A stretch of DNA of 63,808 nt, the filler included, from Hausera hauseri (Eukaryota): assembly GCA_046269625.1 (NCBI GenBank). It is 10 parts of 10 records of this genome, joined end to end, with 100 filler letters (N's around TTAATTAATTAA, not from the genome) between each part and the next. Parts side by side here need not be neighbours in the genome. Positions count along the whole stretch, not along the records: positions 21,321 to 26,028 come from JBJURY010466579.1; positions 26,129 to 30,742 come from JBJURY010503908.1; positions 30,843 to 36,236 come from JBJURY010263509.1; 7 more parts are not named here. One strand, given 5' to 3'. Under the pieces are notes generated by a model that was given only the letters and a program-made list of their open reading frames with translations, was not told the DNA's origin and ran no database searches. A program made the translations under genes and the position numbers. Each line of letters starts with the position of its first letter. Position 1 is the first letter of the stretch. Below are positions 22,490 to 36,003 of this stretch, piece after piece.

Positions 22490-25400
22490 CCACGACCAAA
22501 TCCGGTGAACCAATAATCCGAGAACAGGAGAAGTTACTTGTGCCTGTGCCGCCTCCCACTAAGCCCACAATTGGTGAACCAATCACCCGAAACCAGGGCA
22601 TGGCAATCACGTCAAAACTGCAAGCCAATTACGAAGTCGGACTCAACAAAGTCATCAAATTGACATCGGGGTACCGGATCCCTAAGTGATCCCAACCAGA
22701 ACGGACGAGAATACAGGACCCAGACTACAGTCAAGTCGGAACCCTCACACCAGACCGGTCATATCCGACCGGGCAAGACACCGTCTCCCTCAGAAGACGA
22801 CGTCGCAACCCCGACAAAAGTGCCCGGTACCGATCCAATTCGGATTTCCTGACGGTACTGGAGCTGTTGTAACGGAGCCGTTTCGTACGGCATCTTGCCA
22901 GGTTGGGATGAGACGACCCCTACTCCTTACCTGTGGGAACGCTCCACCGGTTCTACGACGAGGAGGAAAATCGACTACTTTTCGATTTGACGGTTTTCCT
23001 TCCGGTCTTCCTAAGACTGATGTCGGTAGCCGACCGTTTTTCCGAATCACTGGCTCCCTCAGAAAGCCAGTTGATTCCGGTACGCCGAATTACTGAAAAG
23101 CGGCATACAAGGACGTCGAGCTCCGATGACATACCAATCCCGTGTCGCATACGCCGCTTAGAGCCGACACGACGGAAACCCGCACCGATGGATTCAAGTT
23201 AGGACGACGCTCCGATTTGTCCACATTGAAGTCCCCGAATTAATCCAGCCATCTCCTCGACGGACGAATCCTACGCCTCGGCGGACGCAGTAGACAATGT
23301 TAATAAAAATTGCCCATTTTATTTGTTTGTTCTTCTTGTGTATCGTATGTCAGTCGTTTTATTCGACTGCTTTGATAGGCTGAGTTCCGGTTTTATTTTT
23401 GGGAGGTAAATCCGTAAGAAGGATCCTTCTAAAATGGTGGCAGCGGTTGCCGCATTCACGCCTTATAACACAAACGCAGCCGTTGAAATAAATCTGGCTC
23501 AAACACTGCACATAATTGTTGATAGCAGTCAGGCTCAAATTCACACAAGTGTTGTAGAAACTAATCAGGTCACACATTCGTGCATCACCAATCATGATCA
23601 TGTAATACCCACTGACAGTTGTATCATCAAAATCAACTGCAGTCAGAAAATTACAACGCTTGACATTGAACAAGTGCCAAAATATTCTATTAATAACACA
23701 TGCGTCCACACTGTCAAATCGGAATACGAACCCGATTATACAAATCGCGACAAAATAGCACACACAAGCGAAAATTCGCTATTTAACCATTCACCCAATC
23801 GTCAGTCGACTGAACTCGCCAACCAAATTCCCTATTGTAAAACAACACCGGCTGATAGTCCGCCAAACGAAGTACAACTCATTGTACAAAATTGGCGTCA
23901 TACAAAAGCTCATCGCTTTCCATCCACTCTAGATATGTCGGAAATGCTAAAATTTTAAACCAACAATATCTCGAGTATACATTTTCTCATAATGGGAAAT
24001 TATTACGCAAGAACAGTTGCGCAATCAATACAATTTTTATAGAAAATATCACTATACTAGCGACTCCAAAACTAAAAGGAGGCGTTGACACCCACACACC
24101 CGACAAAAAAGCAGAAACTGCTTCAGCATCACGGGCTAAACAACCCAAATTAGCGTGTCCCACCTTCTTCGTAGCTTCGGACGGAACTCCATTGAAGTGG
24201 TTCCATGTGTTTGAAACATGGGCTACTCAATGCAGCATCATCGCCCAACTAAACAAGACCTTAACATTAATACAATACTTGCAGCCAACAACTCTCACAG
24301 CAATAACGGATCTGGACACGTTACTGTCAGATAAAGAGCCGTTTGACAAAATTAAAGCAGCCACATGCAAAGCATATCTTCCATCCCAACAAGACCAATT
24401 CAACCTGGTTTTCACCAAGCGACAGACAGGAAATATGAAAGCTTCTGCTCTACTTCAAAAGTTACGCTCAGACTTGAGCAAGGCTGAGTTGGACTACCAC
24501 AGCAACCAGCACATACTACGGCGCTACTTCCTGAGTAGTTTGCTAAACAAAATTTAAGCGGTCCTTGGGCTATTACCGCCCGACACAACATTGGACGATA
24601 TGGCATCAAAAGCCAACAAAATATACGAGTGCACTAAAGGCACCGTAGAATCTGCACTAATGGAAAACATCAACTCCGTTACAGTGATCCAGCAAAAATC
24701 AGCTGAACAAAATTATTGCCGCATTACAGGCACTTGTAACTAACAAGAATCTGCCAGCCAGAGACAAACCGTCATCTCGGCGCCAATCTCCAAGAGAAAG
24801 AAAGGCAAATTTTCCAAAGTTTGCCACTTTCACATATGATTTCGCAAATCTGCCTACAAATGTTATCATGATTTCCAATTCGACAAGCCATCTGCAAATA
24901 TAAAAATGCAAGACACTTGCATTTATCACAATTATTTCGGTCCAGATGCAAAGATCTGTCGACCCGGCTGCAAATTTTACAAGCCATTAGAAAACTAAAT
25001 GGCTCCAGACGACCAACGGCACGTCGACTAAAAACCCAATCACTATAACTGCCGTATACAAATAGCGAACGCATTGTCGATGCCATTTTCACTCTCGAAG
25101 CGGAGCTACTACACTCTGACATCTCGAAACACCTCGATTTTTTAATCGACACTGGTGCAGCTTTATCGCTGATACCTAGCGCATACGTTAGACCTACGTT
25201 GGTCTCGCATGAATCGATTAAAGCTGCCAATGGCACGCAAATAGCAACCACAGCTACACTGTACCAACCATTTTATCTACAAGGCCGTCCATACTCTTGG
25301 GTATTGATATTGGCCGATGTCATGCAACCAATCCTTGGTTCTGACTCCCTAGATCACTACGATTTCACAGTTGATTGCCGAAAGCAAAAACTCACCAGCG

Positions 25401-25530
25401 GGAGCAATCCATTACCGCCACCCATATTCACGCTAACTATAAACGCGGTTAAGGGCATAAAAATCGCAAATCGCATTGACATCGCACAATTGCTGCAAGC
25501 GAAATACCCTAACTTGTTGAAACGCTGAAC
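22490..25530 (+). mobile_element. Family A-like gypsy copy A3: putative 5' LTR, PBS, gag and PR
   Basis: GC-rich LTR-like region with AATAAA near 23302, PBS at 23435, gag 23892-24990 with two CHCC motifs, PR FLIDTGAALSLIP...PILGSD. The LTR left boundary is uncertain. Confidence 0.85.
23435..23447 (+). promoter_or_regulatory. Primer-binding site complementary to the tRNA-Leu 3' end
   Basis: TGGTGGCAGCGGT located between the LTR-like region and gag. Confidence 0.75.
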
Positions 25531-26128
25531 TTAAGTTCAGTGAAGAAAGACTTTAAATTGGTTAAAGTCCTTAAATGTTTATTAGCCTTGATCTCATCAA
25601 CTAGTTTTAAGGCTTTGCTACTAAGCTTTTCTTATAGCTTTTCAATTTCAGCTATTAACTTAGGAGTATTTTTGATTTTATTTGTATAATTTTCAATAGC
25701 ATCAACTTCGGCTCGATCTAATTCGGAAAAGGTGTCTTTAAATTTGTTTAGTTTTAGTAGTTGTTAATTTAGTTTTTCTTTGAATAATTTTGGTAAATTT
25801 ATTCTTCTTAATTGTTCCTGTGAAGGGGAAACTCGATTGATGAAATTTAAATTATATATTAATTGTTAACATAATTTATATTTTATAAAAAGGGCGTTCA
25901 GTTAAATGAACGCCAACAAAAAAATCAAATAAATTATATAAATTAAAAATATGTTTCTTTTTACCAAATAAAGGCGGTAGAATTTTTCTATTTAGATTTC
26001 AACAAATAATGCAATCCGAAGAAATCATNNNNNNNNNNNNNNNNNNNNNNNNNNNNNNNNNNNNNNNNNNNNTTAATTAATTAANNNNNNNNNNNNNNNN
26101 NNNNNNNNNNNNNNNNNNNNNNNNNNNN

Positions 26129-26700
26129 GGGAGTTACTCTGATAAGGAAGGAAAGGCTTCAGATAATGCAGGAAATGGAAAAGCTGTTACTTATATTCAT
26201 AAAGGAAAAGGAGTTAGCTGGAGATAGTATTAGAGAAGCTATTATTTGTGAGAAAGCGTTGCAGATTTACTGTGGTTTAGAGAAAAAAATGTGCTGGTAC
26301 AAGTGCCGAAAGTGAGAAGGATATTTTTACGTTCAAAGCTTGTAGGGGGTGGTTCGAGAAATTTATGAACAGAACTGGTATACTGGAGCTAGTTTGAACA
26401 AGGCTGCGGCAGAGAGCTTCGTAAAAGAATTTGAAAATTATATAAAAGCAGAAGGGTTTGTTCCTCAGCATGTATTTAATTGTGACGAGACTGGGTTATT
26501 TTGGGAAAAAATGCCAGCCAGCACGTGTATAACGAAGGACATACGGGTTTTACATATATTACTACTGTGTTTAGTTTTAGAATATACATATTTACATTGT
26601 ATCTGGTCCGTAAGAACCCATTAAATCATATTACATTATGGGAAAAATAGCTTCGGTGTTCAAACAAATCGGTTCACGACCAACATTCTGGAACGAATGT
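26129..26700 (+). mobile_element. Tigger/pogo (CENP-B-like) DNA transposon, internally deleted
   Basis: EMEKLLLIFIKEKELAGDSI..ICEKAL..FKACRGWFEKF..VFNCDETGLFWEKMP. Confidence 0.88.
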
Positions 26701-26930
26701 GATGGAAATCCAAACGAATCGAAATAGTGAAAAGTGCTGACAAAATCGTAGTACAAGACTACCTAATGCGTACCGAGTAGATTGCTGGGATCTGTATTTA
26801 TGACAAAGGCCGCCAGCTATGTTTTGTCGATACGTTTGGGCAACAAGTGATGGGGCAAAACTCTGATGGGATGCCGGCGAACGAAAATGTCAGATTGTAG
26901 AATTGCGCGTATCTGCCGATATCCATCGTT
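26700..26930 (-). pseudogene. Adenain-like cysteine protease fragment
   Basis: AFVINTDPSNLLGTH*VVLYYD..HYFDSFGF; cut off by the Tigger insertion. Confidence 0.8.
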
Positions 26931-26959
26931 TTAAGCCACAAAGTCCAATTACACTTGTG

Positions 26960-28196
26960 GAAATTTCAATTATAGAGTCTTGTTAGGCATAAACCACGAC
27001 TTGTAAGTGGTCAGGCATCGCGGAGGAAAAATTAAACTCTAAAGAGGGCCGTTTTTCGCGAGTGCAAACTGCTCGCCATCTAAAAGACGGGGGCTTAAAT
27101 TGAAAGCGTAAAGGACATAACCGTTTTTAAAATGTCTGTAGTCGACGTCGCAATCAGGATCCTTACCGATCAAGACTATGGCCATTTTGGTTCCGAAAAA
27201 AACTCTGGCGTAATGGTCGTGTTCGAAATCCACCATTAACGGCTTCCCCGTGACCATCCTCCCATCGACGGTAACGTTCAAATGTGTCAAGCCAAAAGTT
27301 GAAAGTTGAACGGATTATTTCTTTAGGTGGCGTTACAATCTGAGGAATTAACTATTCTGGCACAATGCGCGTGGGTGTTTGACTAAGGAAAATATTGTCT
27401 TGAATGTGAGACAACTTTCCTTTGGGTATAGATAATGTTTTTGTTATGACTCGCTTGATGGGGTATTTCACGTTCGCTGCAACTAAGACCTTTTCGTGGT
27501 CCAGAGAAATAGCCGGATTTAATTTAGCTTTCCCGACTAACAGGACTGCATAAGTTATTATTGATCGCTGGATCATCGGCTATGGGGTGAGTTTGATCAT
27601 CACGTCCATACCGTTTATCATATATCGGTCTTGAGTGAAAATTGACCTAGTGTAACTTTCCCATTATAACAAATTCCCGACTGCTGCCGGCCAACTTCCT
27701 TTTTGGTTTCAGTCCATTGTTAGAATCACATTTAACATCGTCGAAAAACTTTGGTGTGTCGTTGTAAAAAAGCACCAGCCACCGTCAGGTGGGCTCTTTT
27801 GGCTTCATGGCCGTATTTTAAAGTGGTTTCGAGATAAGATCTGTAAGGATAGGAGTTTTTGCTTGACGTGATTAACGTGTCGTTCAGGGCTACGTCCACT
27901 TGCGAAAAAAAGCTGAGCAGGTAATTGTTGACTGGGGCCACCTCCGCAGCATCAGGTATGTTGATGCCATTGGCTAAAGAGACTTTTGCTCACACGTGTG
28001 GAAAGATTAAATAAATCTAGATACTCTTCGCCGTTTCCATATATTACAAATTTTAATGGTGCCCTGAGCGCCAGCAAGGCTAAAGGGTGAATTTTCACAA
28101 AATGGCCTTCCTCTACCACCGTTTGTATAGGGGTACGCTAAATAAATCCAAACCAGAATGAAATAATTCGCACGAGCTATGGTGAATCAGCGACAT
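26960..28196 (-). pseudogene. Maverick major capsid protein
   Basis: MSLIHHSSCE..GLDLFSVP, APVNNYLLSFFSQVDVALN..NSYPYRSYLETTLKYG, KYPIKRV, NPFNFQ, GYVLYAFNLSP. Confidence 0.9.
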
Positions 28197-28229
28197 TATG
28201 AATCAAAGATGTTTGAGTACTTCCTACCT

Positions 28230-28659
28230 CTATATTTCTTGGACTCATGAGAACTGATCGAAGCGGTCATCGGTTTTATTCTTTCATGAACGTGTAGGTC
28301 GGCTTTTCTTTTACATCGGAATATGCTACCCGATTAGTTGCTGCCACATAATTCACCGCTCCTTGCAGCAGTCTGTCCCACTTTCTTGGTTCGGTCTCTA
28401 AAGGATTTCCTGACTTTTCTGCCGGCCAACGCGCCCTGGGCGACTTGAAAACCAGTGTCCGCTCCTTCCCCGAGTAATTTTTTGCCTCCAGCCTTAACCA
28501 CGGTAGGACCATTTGGCCCAAGCTGATAAAGAAACTTCCAATCCCTCTTCCCCTTTGATGTCTGCCACCAACAAAAACGGGAATCCCGTCTCCAGCTTGA
28601 TTGCAGTATAAGTCTTCATATACCTAGGCGTTTTGGTGTAAAGGGCTGTGTCTCACCAT
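28230..28659 (-). pseudogene. Maverick small conserved ORF
   Basis: YEDLYCNQAGDGIPVFVGGRHQRGRGIGSFF. Confidence 0.8.
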
Positions 28660-28669
28660 CTTTATTGAA

Positions 28670-29399
28670 AATCACAATGCCTCCTTGGTTGAAAATTGAA
28701 TTCTTTGCCCACGTATTTAGTTAAAAGTATTTCCACGGTATCAAAGGAAAACGACTCAGCAGCAGATAATACAGTTTGTGGTAAATCCGATATACAGAAG
28801 CTGAAATTCCGTCCAAAATGGGTACAGTGCATAAGAAATGTACCATGACATCTCCAACAGGTCTGGCCGCGACGATACGGCAGTACATGTACAAGTTTCT
28901 TAGGTCGCTGTCGAGATTCAACGGCGATTTACTTACTGGTAGTTTATTGTTGTCCGGTATGCACGGATCTCTGAACCCTCCTGTTTCTTAATTTGGTGGT
29001 GACGATAATTGCGGCACTCTGCTCATCCTTTGCCAGTAGGATAGTTTTCTTGATTTTGTGATAGCAGATTCCCATCTGTGGGGTTTTAACCAGGTTTCAC
29101 CGTTAGTCATCAAACGATTCATTTCGTTCACAAAATAGACCGGCGAATTGTACAGATGGGGGGGACGGGATGTGATTTTTGTAGGCACTTTTTTATCTCA
29201 AGGACGGTGAGTAATGTATCCACACTTCATTTTCTAGAATGATAAAACAACTGTTTGGGAATTTGATTTCTGCCAAAGCGACATCGAAACTGGAAGTCAA
29301 ATCAATGGTTTACGGCAGTTTCACATAAAAGTGCCCCAGTCCGTTATCCAGAAACGTTTTCATGGAAGCATTGCTCGGTAGCATCACGTAAAAACTCAT
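28670..29399 (-). pseudogene. Maverick minor capsid (penton) protein
   Basis: MSFYVMLPSNASMKTFLDN..FYVKLP..VALAEIKFPNS; LYMYCRIV..VGDV. Confidence 0.85.
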
Positions 29400-29499
29400 T
29401 GTCGCGATCGGGTCTGCGGGTAGGTAATATATAACCCAAACAACTGGAGAGTAGAACGATCCACAACTTATAATCGTCGCCGCGAGACAGATTGAACAG

Positions 29500-29863
29500 G
29501 GACACAGAGATGACAAAAACACATTTTGCACAATGTACATGATGTTGAGGTTCCGATGGTGGCTGCCTTTGGTGAGTAACTTAGTTACCCTGTCGTCGGG
29601 CTCGGTCATCAGGTCGTCGATGATGACTAATTGTCTCTTGTCCCCTCGCCATTATTCCATATTGGGAAGACCTTCATTAAATTGGACGCCCTTCATGTTT
29701 TCGTGCATTGGCTACCACTCCCCATAATTCCATATAACCTCCTCTGGGGTGGGAACGACCATGCCTGGGAGATACGCCAAAAACTCGCGCATGAAATCGG
29801 TTTACCGCTGCAGTTCGGCCCTGCTATAAGAGCGAAAAAATGGTGTTTCCACCTAGGATCCAT
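29500..29863 (-). pseudogene. Maverick packaging ATPase, internally deleted
   Basis: MDPRWKHHFFALIAGPNCSGK (Walker A), LVIIDDLM (Walker B), TKGSHHRNLNIMYIVQNVF. Confidence 0.88.
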
Positions 29864-30426
29864 TCTCAATGTTTTATTCCTAAGACACCCTATAAATTTG
29901 TATTTAAAAAAAAATTCACGAATCAGGTATTACCGACGAGGTTGGGGGCAGTCTCCCCCCCCCCCCCCGATACGTCAGGGATTTTGTTGAAGAAACAGGC
30001 ATCAGCATAACATTTGCATGAAAATCGTCTGACTCGTGAGCATGCCTAAACGGTAATTTGATATCTCTTATCAATTTTTGGTGCTCGAAATTAGCGTGTC
30101 CTGGCTGTCTCTCACCTATCACTATCTTTAAATCAATTCATTTTTTTCTGTCCGGGCTGTAACCTGACACCCTATATATAGCTCTATATTAACGAACTTC
30201 ACTAAAAAAAGACTTAAGTTTATGGTCGTTTTGCGTGGAAGGGGGGGGGGGGGTAACTGCCTACAAGTGTTGTTTACGAATTGACAACTCTGTCTACACT
30301 CTGTCTACAAGTTTAAAAAAATTAAGGCGTACAAAGCTACCAACACGTCACCAGAGACCTATAGCAGAAGCTCCTGCTAAGGATGATGGTAATTTACGGC
30401 ACGTAATGATGATACTTAGACACAAC

Positions 30427-30565
30427 ACACCGCCCCACCTCTTATCTCATCCAACTAACTATATCCTACATATCAAAATTATGACATCAGAAGAATGATA
30501 ATGATGTCATAATTTTTAAGGTTGTAGCATACAGTTAGGTGGATGAGATAAAAAGGGGCGGTGGG
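30427..30565. repeat. ~140-bp imperfect palindrome (MITE-like)
   Basis: CACCGCCCC..TTATCTCATCCAACTAACT..AAAATTATGACATCA pairs with TGATGTCATAATTTT..AGTTAGGTGGATGAGATAA..GGGGCGGTG. Confidence 0.8.
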
Positions 30566-30589
30566 TTATCATCAAAAGAATGATGATGA

Positions 30590-30742
30590 TAAAAGGAATA
30601 AGGCAAGGAAGGATACTCTCCCCATATCTGTTCAACATCTATGCCGAAAATAATAATAAGAAATGTCAGAGAAGACGAAAACAGTGAAAACTGTGATCCT
30701 TTCACAATCGGTGGTAACACCCTACCAGAACTCAGATACGCA
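30590..30742 (+). mobile_element. RTE-clade non-LTR retrotransposon RT fragment
   Basis: KGIRQGRILSPYLFNIYAE...TIGGNTLPELRYA, running into the gap. Confidence 0.85.
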
Positions 30743-31167
30743 NNNNNNNNNNNNNNNNNNNNNNNNNNNNNNNNNNNNNNNNNNNNTTAATTAATTAANN
30801 NNNNNNNNNNNNNNNNNNNNNNNNNNNNNNNNNNNNNNNNNNAAAAACAAACAAAAAAAAATTGGTAACTATCGATGGCATTCGATAGTCGCAGCTATCG
30901 GTAGATATCGATAGTGCTAGCGATAGCTTTCCGCCTCTACTGTATATTGATCACCATCTTATTTGGCGTAAACTATTTTATCTGGCGTTCGTAACGTATT
31001 GCTGGCAACATATAAGGGGTGTTTACTCACTTTTCCAAATAAGCGTTAAAATATCTGGAATAAAATATTCCCCATCGCAATCTACTTTGAATAAGCCTTC
31101 TAACCATATAAGAATTTTTAAAATCAGTCCAAAATATTTCGAGAAAACCTCGAACGTGATGACAAAT

Positions 31168-34100
31168 TTACAATATCCTTCTGTATATTAGCAATAGATT
31201 ATTTTTCATAGAATAAATATTAGGGTTATATCTTGATTCCTTTTGATATTGTTCAAAATATTTCTTATACATTTCAAGATAGAAGGATATGAGCTCTTTA
31301 CTTAAATGATCTGAAGATTGCCATAAATAATTTGCGTACTGAATACATTGATGAATGTCCCAATTGTTTCTTCGGAAGGATATTAGTTCACTTTGATATA
31401 TTGTTGGTATACTTTCTCTGGTCGTGTTAAGTCGTTTAATTCTTTCTTTCCATTCTAATTGCATTACATGAGTTTGTCTAAGGTCATTAATCATTATTCT
31501 CTTGTCTGGAGCTTGATCGAGCATAGTTACAGGATTTCTATTATCCCAAGGTAAATAAGCTTCTCGGTTAGCGACTGTATATAATTCATATTCTTCGGTT
31601 GACAACTCGTGCCTATCTCTACGAAGCTTGTTTATGTCACGATATATTGGAACGACTTCGTTAACAGTTCTTATAGATGATCTGTTATTGACTCAACCCA
31701 TTTTGCAATTAATTCTATAATTATTTGTGTCTCTTCGGAAAGTATGTCAAAAGGAGAGTAAATCTCTTCTTTTATATAATTGATGACGTCCTCATTCTGA
31801 GTAATTAGGTGTAAATAATGCTGATTAAGTTTTGGATCTTTGGCATAAATGGCCAAATTCAACTGAACTCTAGTATTCAAATTTAACCATCCTACGTCTT
31901 GTTCAAATCCTTTAACAAAGACTTGTTCTTCCCTTTTATCTTCTTGTAATCTTCTTCGTTCGTAGTTCTCTACTTGTTCAGATAGTGGTACGTATGAATC
32001 TAGGGTGAGGTTTTGGGGTTTGTTTGCCTTTGCTCGTTTAGCACAATGATTATCTACGTGATCGGGGTCTTCCTTCTTGTACTCGAGTGGTAATGGTTTA
32101 TTAATTGTTATTTCCTTTAATCGTGCTGCGGTTCGTCGTTTTATTAATTTCGGTTTAAAAGTTGAGACTTCTTCTGTTATAGTATGTCCTTCAGCTGGAG
32201 TAATATCTTCATCGCTATTTGATTGTTCAACTGTTTTCATATGAAACATTAGATTAATAAAAATTAATAGTATCAGCCAAGTTGACGAGCTTTCTTGTAT
32301 AGTATTCGGTATGATTGGAGCGGCTTCCGCTGTTCCGAATAATATGAACGGAATAAGGAATAATATTAGTATTGAATAAGTAATTCCGTTATTAATTATG
32401 CTAAACTAATTTTCATTTGAGAGTGTTTGCTCATTTATTCTTTGTTCTTGATTAGTATTTGAAGTACCTGCCTCGGTAAGTTCGAGTTCATTTGTATTGA
32501 CGTTGGTACTATTTATTATCTGCTTGAAAAAATTATTACTTTCAGATTCTGATAATGAACCGTCGCTTTCTTTCTTGTAATGTACATCTGCGTATTCCTC
32601 CATTTTGGATAATTTTTTATTATAATGTAAACGTAAGATTCGCTCATCAAAAGCATTTGGCTTTCGGAGGCTTCTTATCATAACTACCGTTATTTCTTCA
32701 TCGTTATTTGCCTTTTGTCTGTGTGCGTTTATTATTCTTTTTCTTTCCTCTTTAAACGGTTTAGCTATTTCTTCATTATCATTTAATTCTCCAAAATAAT
32801 AAATGATACCGTATTGCATTTAATTTACCTGAAAATCCACTTGGATTTACCGTATCAAATCTATCTATGTCTATATAGTCCTCAGGAGTCAATATTGTAT
32901 TTACATCTCATCCCAAATAATCGTTCCATACTATCCGTACTTCATCTTCCTCAAAGAGTTTTATATCCTCTTGAATAAGATTGTCTTTTGTATCAATAAG
33001 TGTATAGGTCATCCAACAATTAGTCGCATAAGTTTCAGACTGGGAATTAGTATTTAACTCTTCCCCGTAATATCTAAACAGATCCAAGCATCGATTGGCT
33101 ATATTAAATATTCTTTCAGAGGTTCTACTTGCTATCAATTTCAGACAGAGTCTTTGAAGGTGACTAGTTATACTGGTTATGAGAAATGGCAGTGATTTCT
33201 TTTGCATAAAACGAGTAATTAGCATTCGCTCTCTGCGGTTTCCAACAAATAAAAGTTGATAATTGTTTCTATCTCCGTATACTATACTTTCCTCAATGTT
33301 AGGCCATGTTTTTCTATTAGCGAATCAAATGGTCGCAAGCAACGAGTTATCTGCGGTATAGAATGAGTTTCTAATCGGGCCTTTATTAACGACTCGTGTT
33401 TTGGATACATAAGTTCGTTACTTAGTATTCCCATCATTTTATTCCATGTTCCTATCACAACCTTAGTTGGTTGTAACCATATAAGTTGTAACCGTGTTTC
33501 CTTTATAACTTGTTGCAGCAGACGAAATCCTTGGTAGTATAGTCTAGTCTGAAAATCGACCCATGGACTGAATAGAACATCATCTATCGGAATTTTGTAC
33601 AAAACATACAAAAGGCTAGATATTAAAAGTAGTTGATAATCATAGGTTGATTTTTTAAAATCTATTCCTGTTTCTTATCTTAGTCGATTAAAATATGACT
33701 CATATAGGATCATATACAGTTTCATGAAGTCTTTTCTATCCTCATGGGGTAGTTGATTTATACTACCCTGCAGTAACAGACAGCTAATAATATCTCTATC
33801 TCACTCCCTAGGTGTTTCCACGTATATACGAAGTTTGTATCAGGATAATCAGGATAAAGTAGAGCGGCATATTCGGTTTTTGATTCAATATCGTCTAACT
33901 ATTGTTCGTTTCTGTTGGCGATAATGCGTAAATTCTTTATAGTTTTTGGGATATCTTCCTCTTCTGGACATATTCTTGCTGAATTTACCGAAAAGTGTGG
34001 TGGTTGATATACTAATCTATGCAACACTCGGTTCATTTCTTCCCTTAATGATGGAAGATTTGCTGGGTTTATTCTTAAAGTATTTACTAATCTAAAATAG

Positions 34101-35201
34101 GGAATTACTTCATTAGCCATTGTATAATTATATACTCCTTTAGGGTATATTGCCTTCACTATAGTAGCCGAAATCGTCATTGTCTCGTGCGTCGTTGCTT
34201 TTGGTATCAGATTAATATCCACTCGTATTGCCTTTATTAGTTCTGGTGATATAATCTTCTTAATTTTGTATTGTTCTCGTTCGCTCCCGTTGTTGTTTAA
34301 TTTCTCCATAACCTCGTGCAGTGGTTTAGGTAGCTTCCTCCATTCTTCTGTATTAGCATAATTCTTCTGTAACATTCCTTTAAAACAAGTATATCTCCCT
34401 TTTTTCAAAAGAGGTTTATATATAGAATTAATAACCTTCCAACCTACTCTTTGATTTGGATATGGTAATCTTTTCCCTAAGTGGGAGGATCATTCATGGG
34501 GTATATTTTCCTTCCTATAATCTGTCATTATGCGTGTTAGACTAGAATAATCATCGTCCAATTGTATTTGTTCTTGATGTTGTTTTTCAGGTAGTCGTTC
34601 ATCTGATAAAGGGTCTAGATGCATTTCTTCCAGTGGAAGACTTGGAGGTACTTTTTGGGTGTGATCTACTTTATTCTTATTGACTTCATCATTCGTTTCT
34701 TTATCTATTTTCAAACAATTAATTATTATTATTAATTAATCCTTCTTCATTTACTTCTTCCAGCCGACTGATTCCAATATCATCTTCCTCTTTCAAGGGC
34801 GTGTCTTCATTTCTAAGCAAATAACCATTCCACAATATTCGAACTTCTTCTTTTTTCATTTCTTTTATTTTTTCTTTCGTTAATTTATCCTTTAATGTCA
34901 TTAATACATAAGTCAACCAACAATTAACTACAAATAAATCGGATGTTGTCTTATTTACCAATTCTCCCCCAAATTTTTTATATAAGCCGATACATTTTTT
35001 CCTTATTTTTCTAGCTTTCTTCTGAGTTATAAATTTTTCGCATAATGAAGATGTGTGCCGTAACAACATAAGCATATCTATATAGGGTAATTGTAATTCT
35101 CTCTCAATTGAGGTTTTAATAAAAAGAATCCGTTCTTGCGCATTACTAATAAATAGAGGTGCGTACCTTCTTATATACCTATAATCACGATAGACTGACA
35201 C
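31168..35201 (-). pseudogene. Unidentified ~4-kb decayed ORF or polyprotein with a duplicated helical domain and internal hydrophobic segments
   Basis: Eight or more abutting - strand ORFs. NCWLTYVL..KDKL..EEVRILWNGYL (34719-35201) resembles NCWMTYTL..KDNL..DEVRIVWNDYL (32908-33225). TM or signal-like stretch at 32250-32400. Confidence 0.55.
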
Positions 35202-35717
35202 AGATGGGGTTTCCTTGTTGTGAGTATATAATTGAGAACAGAAGTTCTAAAATTAAATCAGAAACATTTTTAAATTTAAATTAAGATTCCAATTTGGAAT
35301 TGTTAAAAAATTTAATTAAAATTAATTAATTAAAATTTTAACGAAATATTGGAAATCTGATTTACATTTGGAAAATTTGTTTCAAAATAAATCATTTGGA
35401 TTATAATAAAAATTTTCTACTGGTGTTTACTTTTTAATGAGTAATCTCAAACGATCCAATTCTGATTCAGCAGACATACCAGAGGGAAGGTATTTTAAAA
35501 CCCTACCGCGGCTGGGCGATGACGTGGACGGTGTGGATGCGCACGCAGCCAACATGTATAATGAAGTAAAATGTTAAAGTTTTCATTTCGTAAACATTTT
35601 TTCATATTATTACTCATAAAAATCTGTACTCGTATATGTAATTTTCATAAAAACCTTCGATCACAATAAAGCCCCTTTTTATAAATTTATGATCATTTGT
35701 TATATTTTAAAGCATAC

Positions 35718-36003
35718 AGAAAGACTGACAGCTGTGAGAGGGAATGAGGGTTGAGGGTCTGGGTGAAAAAGGAAATGGAATTAAGAAGTAGAAATTGGTA
35801 GACACAAAACAGTCATGCGACTGTAGATTACAGCCCGGGAAATATACTCAATAATATGGTAATAACTATGTATGGCTCCAGACAGATACTTGAATTATTG
35901 GGGGGAATACTTCATCAATTCCATGGTTGTCTGGCCACTGTGCTGCACACCTGAAACTAATATAATATTGTATGTCAACTGTAACTGAAAAATAAAATTA
36001 AAA
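35718..36003 (+). mobile_element. Mammalian-type LINE-1 3' UTR (L1MA9-like)
   Basis: ATTAAGAAGTAGAAATTGGTAG..CAGTCATG..AATAATATGGTAATAACTATGTATGG..CACCTGAAACTAATATAATATTGTATGTCAACTGTAACTGAAAAATAAAA, recognised from memory as the eutherian L1 3' end. Confidence 0.75.

Larger units (their letters stand above)
26700..29870 (-). mobile_element. Maverick/Polinton morphogenesis module (ATPase, minor capsid, small ORF, major capsid, protease), decayed
   Basis: Five consecutive - strand genes in the typical order; see sub-features. Confidence 0.93.

Noticed and set aside
22686-23202. GC-rich ORFs as genes
   Set aside because: They lie in the LTR-like region upstream of the PBS, show no protein motifs, and are open simply because of GC content.
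25530-25850. Lys/Glu-rich - strand coiled-coil fragment
   Set aside because: Too short and degraded to assign.
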